NCBI RefSeq assembly: GCF_018977255.1
Contig: NW_024704742.1
Location: 24,430,001-24,494,000, forward strand
From: Callorhinchus milii
Taxonomy: Eukaryota
Reading direction: 5' to 3'
Length of the DNA stretch: 64,000 nucleotides
A model generated the notes under the pieces. The model saw nothing but the letters and a program-made list of their open reading frames with translations, was not told the DNA's origin and searched no databases. The position numbers and the translations under genes are program-made. Shown piece by piece: positions 39,424-52,225 of this stretch. Position 1 is the stretch's first letter, and the number at the start of each line of letters is the position of its first letter.

Positions 39424-39737
39424 GTAAGGAAACATATTTATTTATTAGCGCATTGATGGTCAGTGAAGAAAAGTATAATTGGTTATGTAGGCTCTTGCTT
39501 TCATAAGCTGTATTTCTTCCATCACTGCTGATTTAGATAAAAATGAAGTAGCCTAAGTACAATTATTAACATTCTAACTTTCACTGGAATGAAGAATTAG
39601 CACAATCCTAGTTGCTTCAAGCTAAGCTGTTATCCCACGTTAAAGTAGATTGAATTTTTCAAAGGCAGCAAGATGTTTATGAGAGAACCTAGAAAGCTCT
39701 CTCAGCAGATCAACTGCATAAGGGACCCATCACATAA

Positions 39738-40052
39738 CAATAATATAATAATAATCCTTGCATTTGATATAGCGCTTTTCATGTCTTCTAGACGTCCCAA
39801 AGCGCCTCACAGAATATACTGTAAAGTGAATTGACTGTATATTTGTGGGCGAACGCGGCAGCCAATTGTGCACAGCAGTGTCCCACAAACAGTCGTGGAT
39901 TGAAGTGACAAATTTATTATTGTTTTTTTTGGAGGGACTATTATTAGTTGTGTGGAGTAAGGAAACTTGCCCAAGGTTTCGCCCTGCCTGGAATTGAACT
40001 CCGGTCTCTCGCTTACAAAGCGAGTGCTCTAACCACTGAGCGACAGGACTCC
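39738..40052 (-). mobile_element. Young tRNA(Ala)-like SINE, full length
   Basis: Same structure as 24989-25310; tail loop variant TAGAA. Confidence 0.92.
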
Positions 40053-41720
40053 ACTCTCTCCACATGCAAATCACACACTCTTAACAACATTTCATTTGGA
40101 AATTCGTGCATCCACTTTCAGCAGGATTTAACTATTTTAAGTGGGAATCAGCTAATGACCTGATTGGATCTCTGTGGTATGGTTTAAGATGAATCTCATT
40201 TGCTACTTTCTCATTCTGGATATTCATTTCTTCTAAAACTCGGAAAGCATAAGTTTCTTGTTAGTACGTTAGAGCAATTCCTAAGATTACAAGTGAGATT
40301 TGACTTTCTGGGACTTCTATTATATGAGTAAACTTGCTTGAATTAAATAAAATGACTAAACAGAGAAGTTGTCATGTTTTGCTGTGTCCACAATCTGTCA
40401 TAAATATTTCTTTATCAATGATTTATGGTGCCAGAAGACAAAGAATTAACAAATAATTAAAATGTGTCTGAAACCTTAAACAACATGTAGTAGGGTCAAA
40501 TGTGAGCGAGGAGTTTAAACACATGCACTTATAGTGAGAGTGACTTGCCGCTTGGAATAAGCCAATTACAGCAGAAGGTATTCAAGGCATTAATACCCTA
40601 GTGAAGTATTTGAAAGCTACTTTTAAGTCCATTATCTCGGAAAATCTTATAAATAGCAAGTTCTCTCTCTCTCTGATTAATAAAAAGGGAGATTAGGTGA
40701 TTTTCTGCCCCCCCCTCCCCCCCAGTCACTGGCAATATTGTGTCCTGCATATTTTTAAAAATACAAAAGATTGAATACAAATTTGTCAGAGTGAAATGCA
40801 AACATTTACTGTATCAAATAGTTGGAAGACAACTGGGTGAGGAATATTATATTTAGGTTAAAACAAATCATGAAAACTGCTGTTATTTATGCAGAACAAA
40901 GATTAGATTTGAACATTGCATTTTTGTCACTCTTTGCCAGGAGACAAACTGAACTTTGTAGATGAAAGAACCAAGAATTTATGATGCATATCCTTTCTTC
41001 TTTCCCACCCAATTATGCTTTCGAGAGACATATTGCATGTTATTTTGTGATAACTTGCCAGTATTACATTCACTATCCCCTTCCAGCAGGAAAACAATGC
41101 ATTCTTCACCTGTAAGGCTAAACCCGACATAGCAATTGGCCATTTTTGTTATCCAGACAGTTTAGCCATAGTGAGAGGATTGTAGTCTGACTACACTGTG
41201 GTCTCAAATGCAGAATCCTTAAGGAATGCCATGAACAATTCTACACTTTAGATTCTGAGGCGTATAGTTGTGTAAAGTATGGTTGGATCTGCCCCCTCCC
41301 TTGCTCTGTCAAGTGTGACATCAGGCTGCAGCTCAGGCTCATCACAACTACAATATTACCATCTGAGAACCAGACATTCCTGAATAGATCTGAATGGTCC
41401 GTTTCCACCCGCACAACATTTGAGGGCGGGTGTCCTGACAGCGGGGCTCCTGGCGGTCACCATCTTCTGCCTCTCAGGGCCCGCCATCGCACACGGACAC
41501 AGAGAGAGACACACACTCACAGACACATTGACGCGCACAGAGATACACTCACAGGGAGATATCAGTGTGAACTCTCACAGCCTGTGGGTATACCAAATAC
41601 AAAGCACTCTTGGCACTTTGCTTTTTAGCTCTAATCTGTCTTGTAGCAGATGAATTTCGAGCAAACGCTGACTTTCCAAAGTACAATCTCAAATATGTGG
41701 TTTCTCTCTTTCTGCTGCAG

Positions 41721-42453
41721 GTTCTTCAAGCACAACTGGACGCATTATTGCAAGGCCAAGAAAGCATTCGGAGTAGCTGTAGCTTCACTGAACAAGCCCT
41801 AAATCACGGGACTGAAACCGAAGTTCTCTTAGTTAAGAAGCAAATGGGAGACCGTCTGAATGAACTCGCAGTCCAGGAGTTTCCTTTACAGCCACAAGAA
41901 AATGATCAACTGGAGTTTGTGGTGGAAACTGAAGGTCTTAAAAAATCCATTCACAATTTAGGTACCATAATAACGACAAATGCTGTAGCTTACGAGACTG
42001 TGGCCACAGGCGAGGGTCTGAGGCAGTGTGTGATTGGACAGCCTACATCTGTTACCATAACTACAAAGGATAAAGACGGGGAACTTGTGAAGACGGGAAA
42101 TGCATGTCTAAGTGCTGAAATCTCATCTCCAGACGGCAGTGTGGTAGACGGAGAGATACTTGACAATAAGAACGGCACTTATGACTTTCTGTATACCATC
42201 CAGAAGGAGCAGAAAGAGGGTGACTTTACACTCGCTCTCAGACTTTATGATCAGCACATCAAAGGAAGTCCATTTAAATTAAAGGTGATCAAGCCCACTG
42301 ACCTCTCTCCCACGTCTGATGGAGTCAAGCGCCGGGTGAAGTCCCCAGGCAGTGGGCATGTGAAGCAGAAGGCAGTAAAACGCCCAGCCAGCATGTATAG
42401 TACTGGGAAAAGAAAAGAGAATCCAATTGAAGATGATTTGATCTTCAGAGTTG
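41721..42453 (+). CDS. TRIM2: TRIM2 coding exon 5 (coiled coil, filamin/ABP280 repeat, basic linker)
   Basis: Lies inside ORF 41610..42500; [14 protein letters not shown]...DNKNGTY...GSPF...[25 protein letters not shown](G); acceptor ctgcag, donor GTAAAT; 733 nt. Confidence 0.98.
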
Positions 42454-42937
42454 GTAAATCGACTTTCTTCTTCTCCAAGGCTGTCTACTTAACTGCTTAA
42501 TGAATTTCTCATTGAAAAACCATTAGCTAATTACTCCTAGAAGTGTAGCTGAAGTGCATAAAATATTGCAATACTTCACTATGTTGTTTTCTCACTTGAT
42601 CTAAATCCTCAAAATCTTTCATTACATTTAATAGTATTTAATATAGCAATAGGTTCTCTGCAATCCCCAAAAACAAGAAATTAAGGATCTATGAGGAGAT
42701 CAATAGATTTTTAAAAACTAAAGGGATTAAGGGATATGGGGATAGGGCGGGTAAATAGAATTAGGTTAGAAGATCAGCCATAATCTTATTAATTGGCTCG
42801 AGGGGCCGAATGGCCTACTCCTGCTCCTATTTCATATGTTCTTATAATCCAAAACAGTACATTTGCAATGAGAGAGGAACTCGACTAGTAATGTAGATTT
42901 GATTTATAAATCGATGGTCAGAAATATTAGCACCAGC

Positions 42938-43585
42938 ACAACAACAAATTGCATTTATACAGTGACTTTCACATCGGGAAGACATCCCAAGGAGCTGGAC
43001 AGTGGAGGGTTTGCACCCGAACCAGGGATTTGATCGGGGAGGGGGATGGGGGAGATGACCAAAGGCGTGGTCAAAGAGGAAGATCTGGGAAGAGGCAAGG
43101 CATAAGGATTCTGGAATGGAGTTTTCCAGAGAATGGAGCAGATAGGCTGAAAGCCCAACCACTGATGTTAGAGCAGGCAGGCTGGTTGGGGGGTGTGAAG
43201 CAGGCCAGTGCCTGCCGAGTGGAGTGAGAGGTGGGTTGGTAGGGTTTAAGAAGGTCACTGAGATACGGTGTGAGGCAAGGCATGGAGAGGTTTAAAATTG
43301 AGGGGATTATAGGCTTGTGCTGGAGAGGATATGAGCTGCAGAATTCTGTCGGGTCTGAAGCTTGTAAGGGGAAGAGTTGGGAACTCTGGTGAGCAGGGAG
43401 TTGGCGTAGTCTAGCTGAAACGTGATGAATGCATGGATAAGGATTTCAGCAGCCTGAGAGGAGAGTTGGTGGCGGAAGCAGCCAATGTTGTGGAGATAGA
43501 GCAAAGCTGAACAGATCGGAGCATGGATGTGGGTTTAAAGGATAGTTGAGAGTTGAACTAGACGCTGAGGTTAAACCAGGATTAA
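42938..43585 (-). mobile_element. Degenerate L2 3' fragment
   Basis: ORF 43307..43504 has AAEILIHAFITFQLDYANSLL...QNSAAH; L2 tail at ~42940-43000. Confidence 0.85.
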
Positions 43586-44503
43586 TGACTATATTTTCCA
43601 AGATGAGAACATTGATACAGAAAAAGTTGAGAACATATGTATCTTTAATCATCAAACATGAAAGTCTTAACCACATTCCAGATAAGTCAAACAAATATGT
43701 TCCAACTAAATAACCACAAACTTGTAAAGTACTGTAGTTTAAACACCTAAATTTTATTTATTATATTGTGACTTAGCCTGTTAGATTAAAATAAACTTCA
43801 GGCTTGAAAATATCAGTGGTTAAGCATAAGCATATACAAGTAATTTAAAGGAATATATAAGGATAAGATCCTATAGTGGAGAATTCCTTTAAAAGTAATC
43901 AGCATCCACATAACTGATATTGCGTGGCTTCTTCCCACACCTCCTTTCTTGCTCTGAGCTACAATCACTTGTGGGATCAATAAATTCTGCATTACTACTG
44001 CTAATATTGGTTCAATTGTTCTGTTAATGGGGAGCTGTTTGCAATTTGGCAGTTTGATAGTTTAATTCTTATCTTAGTTTAAATTCTGATTTGATTTTGA
44101 AATGCTTTATCCCACTACGTGCTTAAGAAATGCTCCTGCATTCACGCAAAAGCTACTTAGTTCAAGTCCACAAGTTGAATAGCTTTATCTTGCTAATATT
44201 CAATGGACTATTCTACTTATAATGAAAGTGGTGTGAAATGTTAGCTCCAAGACTGGGTAAAAGTGGATTTTATGTCAATACTGCTTAGATTCTTTTTTTA
44301 GTTAAGACATTTGCTTTTATGGTGGTGAAGTAAGTACAGCTGTCTGATTCATGCTGTTCTGTGGTGTATTGCTAAGATTCTTTGCGAATTTGCAGGAGGG
44401 GCCACTCTCAACCTATAAACTTTCCCTTGTCAGCAGCTGCACATTTCCATTAACATTTCTGAATGAAATGCAAACTCTGTTTACTTCATAATTTGTGTTA
44501 CAG

Positions 44504-44607
44504 GTAATAAAGGAAGAAACAAAGGGGAATTCACTAATCTGCAAGGAGTGGCAACATCCTCCAGTGGAAAAGTCATGATAGCAGACAGTAACAATCAATG
44601 TGTGCAG
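44504..44607 (+). CDS. TRIM2: TRIM2 coding exon 6 (NHL repeat 1)
   Basis: (G)[34 protein letters not shown]; acceptor ttacag, donor GTAAGG; 104 nt. Confidence 0.97.
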
Positions 44608-45175
44608 GTAAGGACACTGTCAGGGTTTTGGAAAGGCTTCTTCCCACACCACCAACTAATCTCGGAGCTATAGTCACATTTGAAACTGTTATCCAATCAG
44701 TACAATCTGTTACTACTATATTTTCTGTTAATGAGAAAGTGTCTGTTTGCAATGAGATTCATTAGTACTCAGTTAGAGCTGTTGATAGGTAAATAGATAT
44801 ATCACAGCCAACTCGCAGTATGCCAGTTTCCGAGAGCCAGAAGTGGATTGCGAATTGACTTTGCATGCTGTAAGGTTATCAGTTGGATTGGCTGTCGCTG
44901 GCTGATGGAATTGTGGAATAGACTTGCAAACCCTGATATAAGACTGGGTATTTTGGAAGGATGAAATCAAATGGACCAAACCTCTTGGTGTGCCTTCCTA
45001 TTATGTTTGGGTGAATGCATGGATTTTATTCTGAGTCCTTTGTAAAGATTGGTTAGTGAACATTATGTAGTATTAGTTGGGGCTTGAACGATGATAATTT
45101 TAAATGATGCTCCAATGTATATATTGGTTAATATGTAACTGTGGCATTGTACAAGTCATAATAAATGTCTTCTAG

Positions 45176-45343
45176 ATTTTCTCAAACGATGGACAGTTCA
45201 AGAACCGTTTTGGGGTCCGTGGCCGGTCTCCTGGGCAACTGCAGCGTCCAACAGGGGTGGCTGTGCACCCAAGTGGTGACATCATCATAGCAGATTACGA
45301 TAACAAATGGGTGAGCATTTTCTCACCCGATGGGAAGTTCAAG
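45176..45343 (+). CDS. TRIM2: TRIM2 coding exon 7 (NHL repeat)
   Basis: [56 protein letters not shown]; ttctag acceptor, GTGAGT donor; 168 nt. Confidence 0.98.
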
Positions 45344-46475
45344 GTGAGTACAGTTGCACATGGTCTTTAATGTAGTAGAATAAGCATGTCATTCATCTGA
45401 ATAACACAATGGGCCAAATGGCTGCTGCCTATGCTGTAAATTTCTGTAATTCTACAAAACTCTGGGTTACACATTATAACTCAGCAAAAATAATGATTGA
45501 CCTTCTGTTGCTCGAAAACACTGCTTCTACCTATTTAATCCAATTACTGTAAATTTGTATCTCAATTAATATGATTATGAATGGGAATGGTCTTTGAGGG
45601 AACCCATGGAGGCGTATAACAACTTTAAATGGGATTGAAAAACAGTAAACTCCGACCAATAATTTAGGATACATCCAGATGCTAGAACGAGAGGACCCAG
45701 GTTTAAAGTTATAAAGAGCAATTGCAGGACAGAGACCAGAACGATTCTCTTTTACTCAAAGGGTAATCAACAACTGGAACAGGTTGCCAGGAGACTGGAC
45801 TTATTTAAAAGCAGCTTGACACTGTGATGTAGTACTGGTGGGAGGTAAGACGATAGGGTCAGTGTTCTGGAAGGATAAAATTAAGCTGAAGGGCCTTCTT
45901 CATGCAAACTGATCTTGTGGTGATAGCTCTGGACATCTCCCTACGTTCAGCGTTTTTCCCCATTGCTGGTTTTTCCTCTGATTCTAAGGTGGTATTTTAT
46001 CCCTCCCTGGAGGAAACAATAGGATAACCTGAATGTAATTTATTGCTGTCTTGCATATGTCAGAATTTAGTTTAACATATTGTGTTCCCAGTTGAATTTT
46101 TAAATGTATTGCAGCGTAAACATACAAACTGACAAAGTAAAATCAACCAGAGCAAAACATGTTTTCTTATTCGTATCTCTAACACACAAATTATAAATGA
46201 AATAAATACAGGATGTGCCCCATTCTTTCACTCATTTGTGCTAACATAGTCGAGTGGCTTATCAAAAGCCAAGTGCTTTGCTACAAAAAACAAGGGAATT
46301 ATAAGCCCTAGATCTTTGATCAGGCTCTCAAGTACTTTCCAAGGCAACTTAATAACAGAAAGGTGTTTGAACAAGCCTGGAGGCAGGTCTTTTGCCCATT
46401 TTCTTGCCTGAGGAAGATCCAGAGGAGAAGTCAGAATTGTAATAAAATGACTATAAGGTTGATCTCTCCTGACAG

Positions 46476-46644
46476 ACCAAACTAGGTTCTGGAAAGCTGT
46501 TGGGACCCAAAGGCGTAGCAGTGGATCGGAATGGTCATATCATCGTGGTGGACAACAAGGCTTGCTGCGTGTTCATCTTCCAACCTAATGGGAAGCTGGT
46601 GACGAAGTTTGGTAATCGAGGAAACAGTGACAAGCAGTTTGCAG
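46476..46644 (+). CDS. TRIM2: TRIM2 coding exon 8 (NHL repeat); alternative donor could extend it to 46656
   Basis: [56 protein letters not shown](G); donor GTACAC at 46645; 169 nt. Confidence 0.97.
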
Positions 46645-49600
46645 GTACACTTGATGGTAATACTTGAACCCCCTTTCTTGCCTCTTCTGCACACATTTGC
46701 ATGAAGACTCAGCATGCTCAAAGGGTGTTGTATAAATTGCATGTGTGCTTGTCTTGTACAGTTGAGACACAAGATGCACGCTTCCTGCCAAATTCATTTC
46801 ACCAGTAACCTCATCTGTGTAATGACTCATAAATCCAATAAATTCAAGAAATGATAGATGGTAACTTAGTGGTTACTTATAATGCCTTCTGGCAGAGGGA
46901 AATACTAAAAAAAAATTAAAAAACTTAAGAGGTCAACATATTTAGTTCAGTGTATCTTACAATACAGTTACAAATCCTGAACAATCCTGAAAAATAGACC
47001 CTAATAATAATAAATGCTTTTTTATAACACATAGTCTTAACACACTACGCTGTGCCTCTAATATGGAGTTTTGCTTTTGGGAAGGCACCAGTGCCTTCTA
47101 TTGCTGTGACTAAATAATGCAAAAATATCTGGTAAGCATTGGTGCAAACTATGGCAATGCACTGTTATGGTAACATACTGATTCAATATATAATTGCTTT
47201 TTAAAGAGAATGAAAGTTCATTGTGGTAGAATGGGACACTATATTGATGATCTAACCTGCTACAATACATCGCAAAATGACCAAGATGGCAATCTGTTTT
47301 TGGAGGTTATTGATGATGATAATTATAATAATCCTTCCATTTGGTGTAGCAACTTTCACGTAGGGAGGATGTCTCAAAGCACTTCATAGGATTTTTTTGT
47401 GAAGCGCAATGACTAAATTTGTAGGAAATCCCAGCACATGGGAATATCGCACAAACAACAATGAAACAAATGATCAATTTAACTTGGAGGATTGTTGTCC
47501 AGAACACTGGGAAAAATTCCCTTCTCTTCTCGAGTTGTACCATGGGATCTTTAACATCCATCTGAACAGGCAGACAGAATCCCACTTTAACATTTCTTCT
47601 GATGGCCGGCACCTCCCAACAATGCAATATATCCCCAGCACTGCATTGGAGGGTCAGCTTAGACTATGTGAGCTTGAACCCACACCTTTTGATTCGGAGG
47701 CGAGAATGTTACCAACTGAGCCAGGCTGACACGTTACCATCTCGCGAAGAACCTTATCACCATTTTGGGATGTAATCTAGACAACTAAATTGTATTTTAG
47801 ACTTTGTTTCCAAAATAAGTATGTCAACTGTTCACTTCATCCTTTTCAATGCCTTGCTCAACCCTTCTTTGTCTCTATCTCTTTTGTCCCCTCTTGTTTC
47901 AACCCTTTCCCTTGTGTTTTTCCAATATTGAGTTCCTGTGGTGTCTGGCTACCTGGTTATGATTACTGTCTGTGACTGGCCTGGTGTTTTTGAGTGCAGA
48001 ATTACAATATCTATGCCTCAGTTTTGGGTGACTCTTCAAACCCTGATTACATATTTCTTCTGCCCTATCATCACCTTCTAACTGTATTAGGACTGCAACA
48101 ATTTTGTAATGAAGGCTAAATGAAATAATTGAGCGTTCAAAGCAGCCTTTTTCCCCCTGAAAGAATGGATTATGGTAAAATTTAAATCCATTTCCTTCAC
48201 TAGGTTTGTGCCTCAAGATTCTCACTTAGGGTAGGTGGAATGCAGTATTGCTAAACTGTCTTTAATAATGGATTTCAGGCTCTCCTCCCCCCACCCCCCA
48301 CCCCCCCCCACACACACAGAGCTGGAAAATGATATTGCCCAACAAGCTCTACAGATTTAAGATATCAGGTGCCTTATTTTTAAATAAGTGAAGATCGTGG
48401 TCAAATTTTTTCTCGTGTGTAGTAACACAATTTCTACCATACTTCAAATCACACTGAGACCCGATTCTTGCCATCGTAAAAGCAAATGTATGCTTCCAGC
48501 ATTGAATCTTCAGGGTCTGTGGTAAATCATTCTCCTGAAATGTGTTTGGTCCCAAATCTCTTGTTGAGGGCATGAATTAACCACATTTTATGTTCAGCTA
48601 ATAAACTGTTCTTTAATTAAGGAACAGCAGACTCCTACCAGCAGTGGGAGGAAGATCCTGAAACGGAAAGAATATTTGCGATCAACTAAATTTTCAAATA
48701 CCTTGCAGATATCATATCTACAGGCACAACATTATTTATACATATAATATATATACTTTATTTTTATATATACATACTTGCCTAGGGTCTTGTGTCCTGT
48801 TTTTATGCAGGACTTTCTTTTGCCTCTTCTTCTGTGTAAAATTTAGCCTCTCCTAGTTTAACATTTTATTTCATGAATCACTATCACAATTCAATCTAAA
48901 TTCCCAGTAAAACATTGTAAAATGCATCTCTTAAAGTACTGTGCATGATTGAGTGTCCATCCCTCCCCCTGTCTAAATAAATGTGCGAATAAATTTACAA
49001 TTTTTATTGTACAATGTTAGAAGTTGTTATCTCCCTGATGAATATATTCATGTGCAGAATAATTGTGACCCATTAGTTGAACAGAACTATAGTGGTTAAA
49101 AGTAGTCAAAATGATTGATTTTCAATGGGTGAGATCTGTTGTTGTAATATGACTTTTTAAATGGTTAATACTTATAGATTTCTTAGCCCACCACCTTCCG
49201 CAGTCTCATCCTGCTTAAAAAATTCAATTTAATGAATTGTCAGGTAATAGCGGATTGAGTCTTTCAATTATTTTGTCCACTGCACACTCGTCTCCTCTGT
49301 GAGATGCTGATAACAAATTAAGTTTAACTCCAGATTATTCTGTGACATGACCCAGTTTTAAATGTGTGCCTGCAGTTTGAATTCTTCAGATGCTTCATCA
49401 TTTGCAGTTGCCATGTCGCTTGTTACAGACTACCTCGCTTCCACACAGCTGCTTGACGAGTGAGAAAGAAATGACGGGAAGGGAGGGAGAAACCACAAGG
49501 AAAGAACTGCAAACCTGATAGTCATCAAGAAATCTTAAATTAGAAATGCATTAATTGTTGAACATCACATAAGATATTACACGCTGTTCCTAATATCTAA

Positions 49601-49761
49601 TGCCTGTACTTTCCTAACATTAATTAATGTAATGAGTCAAGATTACCGATTGGCTTTCTATTAAAAAATGTTTTAAGCTGGTTTTAAATTCAAATGTGAA
49701 TGGAGCTGAATAAATGGACTTTAATTTCTTCATTAAGATTTTTATGTTGCGAAACAAATTG

Positions 49762-50134
49762 CAGTAAATCCCTGGCTTACTGGACTCTAGATATCTGGAA
49801 TTCGTAGCTGACCGAAAGTGATTTGTTTTAGTTCCCTGGGCCTACGTGTCTGTAGATTCCCGCTGGCCCATTCTCATAGCTTGCACCCTCATCTCAAAGT
49901 GCCTCCTGGCCTTCGGTGACCAGGGGTTTTGACTTCAACTCAGTTTAAATCCCACAAACAGAAAATAGCTTATTCACTATCGTTTGCTCATGGGATTTAA
50001 ACAGTTATGATGTACTGGAAAAAAATGATGCTGCTAAATGCCGATAACGCCATTGTAATTATACTTAGTCGGAAATTCTAGCTCACCGGACTGGATGTAT
50101 CTTCCACCATTAGTCTGACGAGCTGGGGTTTGTG
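49762..50134. mobile_element. Possible degenerate pogo/Tigger-type MITE
   Basis: Imperfect terminal inverted repeats (cagtaaatccctggcttactggact versus agtctgacgagctggggtttgtg) with TA on the right flank. Confidence 0.35.
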
Positions 50135-50334
50135 TATGAAGAAATGCTACACTTAATCACTAATTAAACTATCTTCGTCTGATTGTTATATATTTTTTTC
50201 TATCTACCAAAAGCATCATATACAATGTTATGGTGTTTGGTGTACATTTTGTGTTTTGAGTGAAATCATTGCTCAGTGTTTTATTTACTGTTGTACTTTA
50301 CTAAATTACTAATTTTTTTCCATTTGCCTTTCAG

Positions 50335-50405
50335 GCCCGCACTTTGCAGCAGTCAACCATAATAATGAAATCATTGTTACTGACTTTCATAACCACTCTG
50401 TTAAG
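50335..50405 (+). CDS. TRIM2: TRIM2 coding exon 9 (NHL repeat)
   Basis: (G)[23 protein letters not shown]; ctttcag acceptor, GTACAG donor; 71 nt. Confidence 0.96.
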
Positions 50406-51728
50406 GTACAGCAAGCTTTATATGCCGGTGATCTGACAGACGTGTCTTGTAGGAGGACAGAGCAAATCCAAGCCAAATGCAGAATTGTAAACTTGCTCTT
50501 CCTCCATTTCATTGGCAAACTGAAGTATTTCATGAGGTAATGGGGATGAGAACCAAATGTGAAAAGAAAGCCAAAATGGATGGTTTTGGGATAAGCATGA
50601 ACTTAGTGAAGTTATGATGGATGTTAATACTAGAGAGTGGGCAGTATTTTTATCACCTAGCCTCAGCATCAAGCTTACACCTAAATCATGTGTAGCAAGC
50701 CAAATGCAGTTCGCTTAGATCACCGTGTACTGCATTGAGAGAGAAATATGAAGTAGGAAGTCGAAGGCTGGAACCAAAATGGTGTCCTTTTGCTTATGTG
50801 TCCTGGATGTGTGTCTCATGCCTTCTCTGTGGCCTTTTTGATATTGCCAACCGTGTTAAATTATGAGGATGTTTGTGCTGGTCCCTACACTTACCTAAAA
50901 TTTAAATTAAGACTCCCCTCTTTCCTCCCCCACTTCCATAAGTTTTCATGTGGAGCCCTTGTTAGGAGAGAGGAAACTTTAGTCATATGAGATATTCCTA
51001 GTAACTGACACGATTTGAACAAGACCTACTTTATTAGATGAGATTTTGTCATTTGAGATTGGGTTGCATTCTGAGAATCTCCCCATTATGAAGGGTGCTG
51101 TAAAATGCAAGTTGTTTAAAACAACCAACAACCAGATTTGTGGAAAGTTTCCATTCAGCCAAGTGTGTTTCTTAATAAGGGTATGTTCAATATGTCCCAG
51201 GGATGACTGCTAGTGTAAAATGCTTATTTTCTACAGTAAACATGCTGATTTCTGGTAATACAACAATTCTTACATTTGAAATAGTGCCTTTCACATTGGA
51301 GGACGTCCCAAAGTGTTTCACAGAATTTACTGTAAAAGGGAGTGACTGTGTACTTGTGTGAGCAAATGCAGCAGCTAATTGTGCGTAACACCAAGGTCGC
51401 ACAAACACCATGAACTGTGTAACCAATTTTATTTGGGGGATTGTTGGCCAGGATACCGGGTCACCCACAAAATACACAGTCGTGCCTCTTTACAACATAT
51501 CCTTTGAAGTGCTTTAAGATGTCACAATGACACAACATGCTGTATCAAATGCAATTATTATTATTTTAAAGGCCATAAAGATTTTTAAATTGGTTCTCAT
51601 CTTGCATTGTCACATTGAAAGTCTTCCAACAAACTTTTAAACGAAGTGTGTGGTTTCTTGAAGAGTTTCTTAAACCTATCTTGAGATTAGTAGGTGGAAC
51701 ATGTATTTGTCTTTTTATATACACACAG

Positions 51729-51869
51729 GTGTTTAATGCTGATGGGGAGTTTGTGTTAAAATTTGGATCTAATGGAGAAGGAAACGGTCAATTTAATGCA
51801 CCAACAGGAGTGGCTGTGGATTCTAATGGAAACATTATAGTTGCTGATTGGGGAAACAGTCGTATACAG
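51729..51869 (+). CDS. TRIM2: TRIM2 coding exon 10 (NHL repeat)
   Basis: [47 protein letters not shown]; donor GTAAAA; 141 nt. Confidence 0.98.
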
Positions 51870-52072
51870 GTAAAATAAATTAACTAGGTTTCAATAAAAA
51901 TGTAACAATGTTTTACATCTCACTATTTCATCAAATCTGAAGTGCTTTGAGACATCCTCCTGATGCTATATAAATACAAATTGTATTGAAAAAGAGTAAG
52001 AGTTGCTTTCTGGATGATAATACATATATGGATTTATTGTCTGGGTTTCAAATTAGATTTTTTTTTAAATAG

Positions 52073-52225
52073 GTGTTTGATGGAAGTGGATCATTCCTCT
52101 CTTATATTAACACATCTGCTGATCCGCTCTATGGCCCGCAAGGCCTGGCACTGACTTCGGATGGCCACGTGGTGGTAGCTGACTCTGGAAATCATTGCTT
52201 TAAAGTCTATCGTTACCTGCAGTAA
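52073..52225 (+). CDS. TRIM2: TRIM2 last coding exon (final NHL repeat, stop codon)
   Basis: [53 protein letters not shown]. The 11 exons sum to 2244 nt = 747 aa + stop. Confidence 0.98.
   Translation: MFDGSGSFLSYINTSADPLYGPQGLALTSDGHVVVADSGNHCFKVYRYLQ

Noticed and set aside
20986..52225. Assignment to the paralogue TRIM3
   Set aside because: The N-terminus ([30 protein letters not shown]), linker [26 protein letters not shown] and the adjacent MND1 all fit TRIM2.
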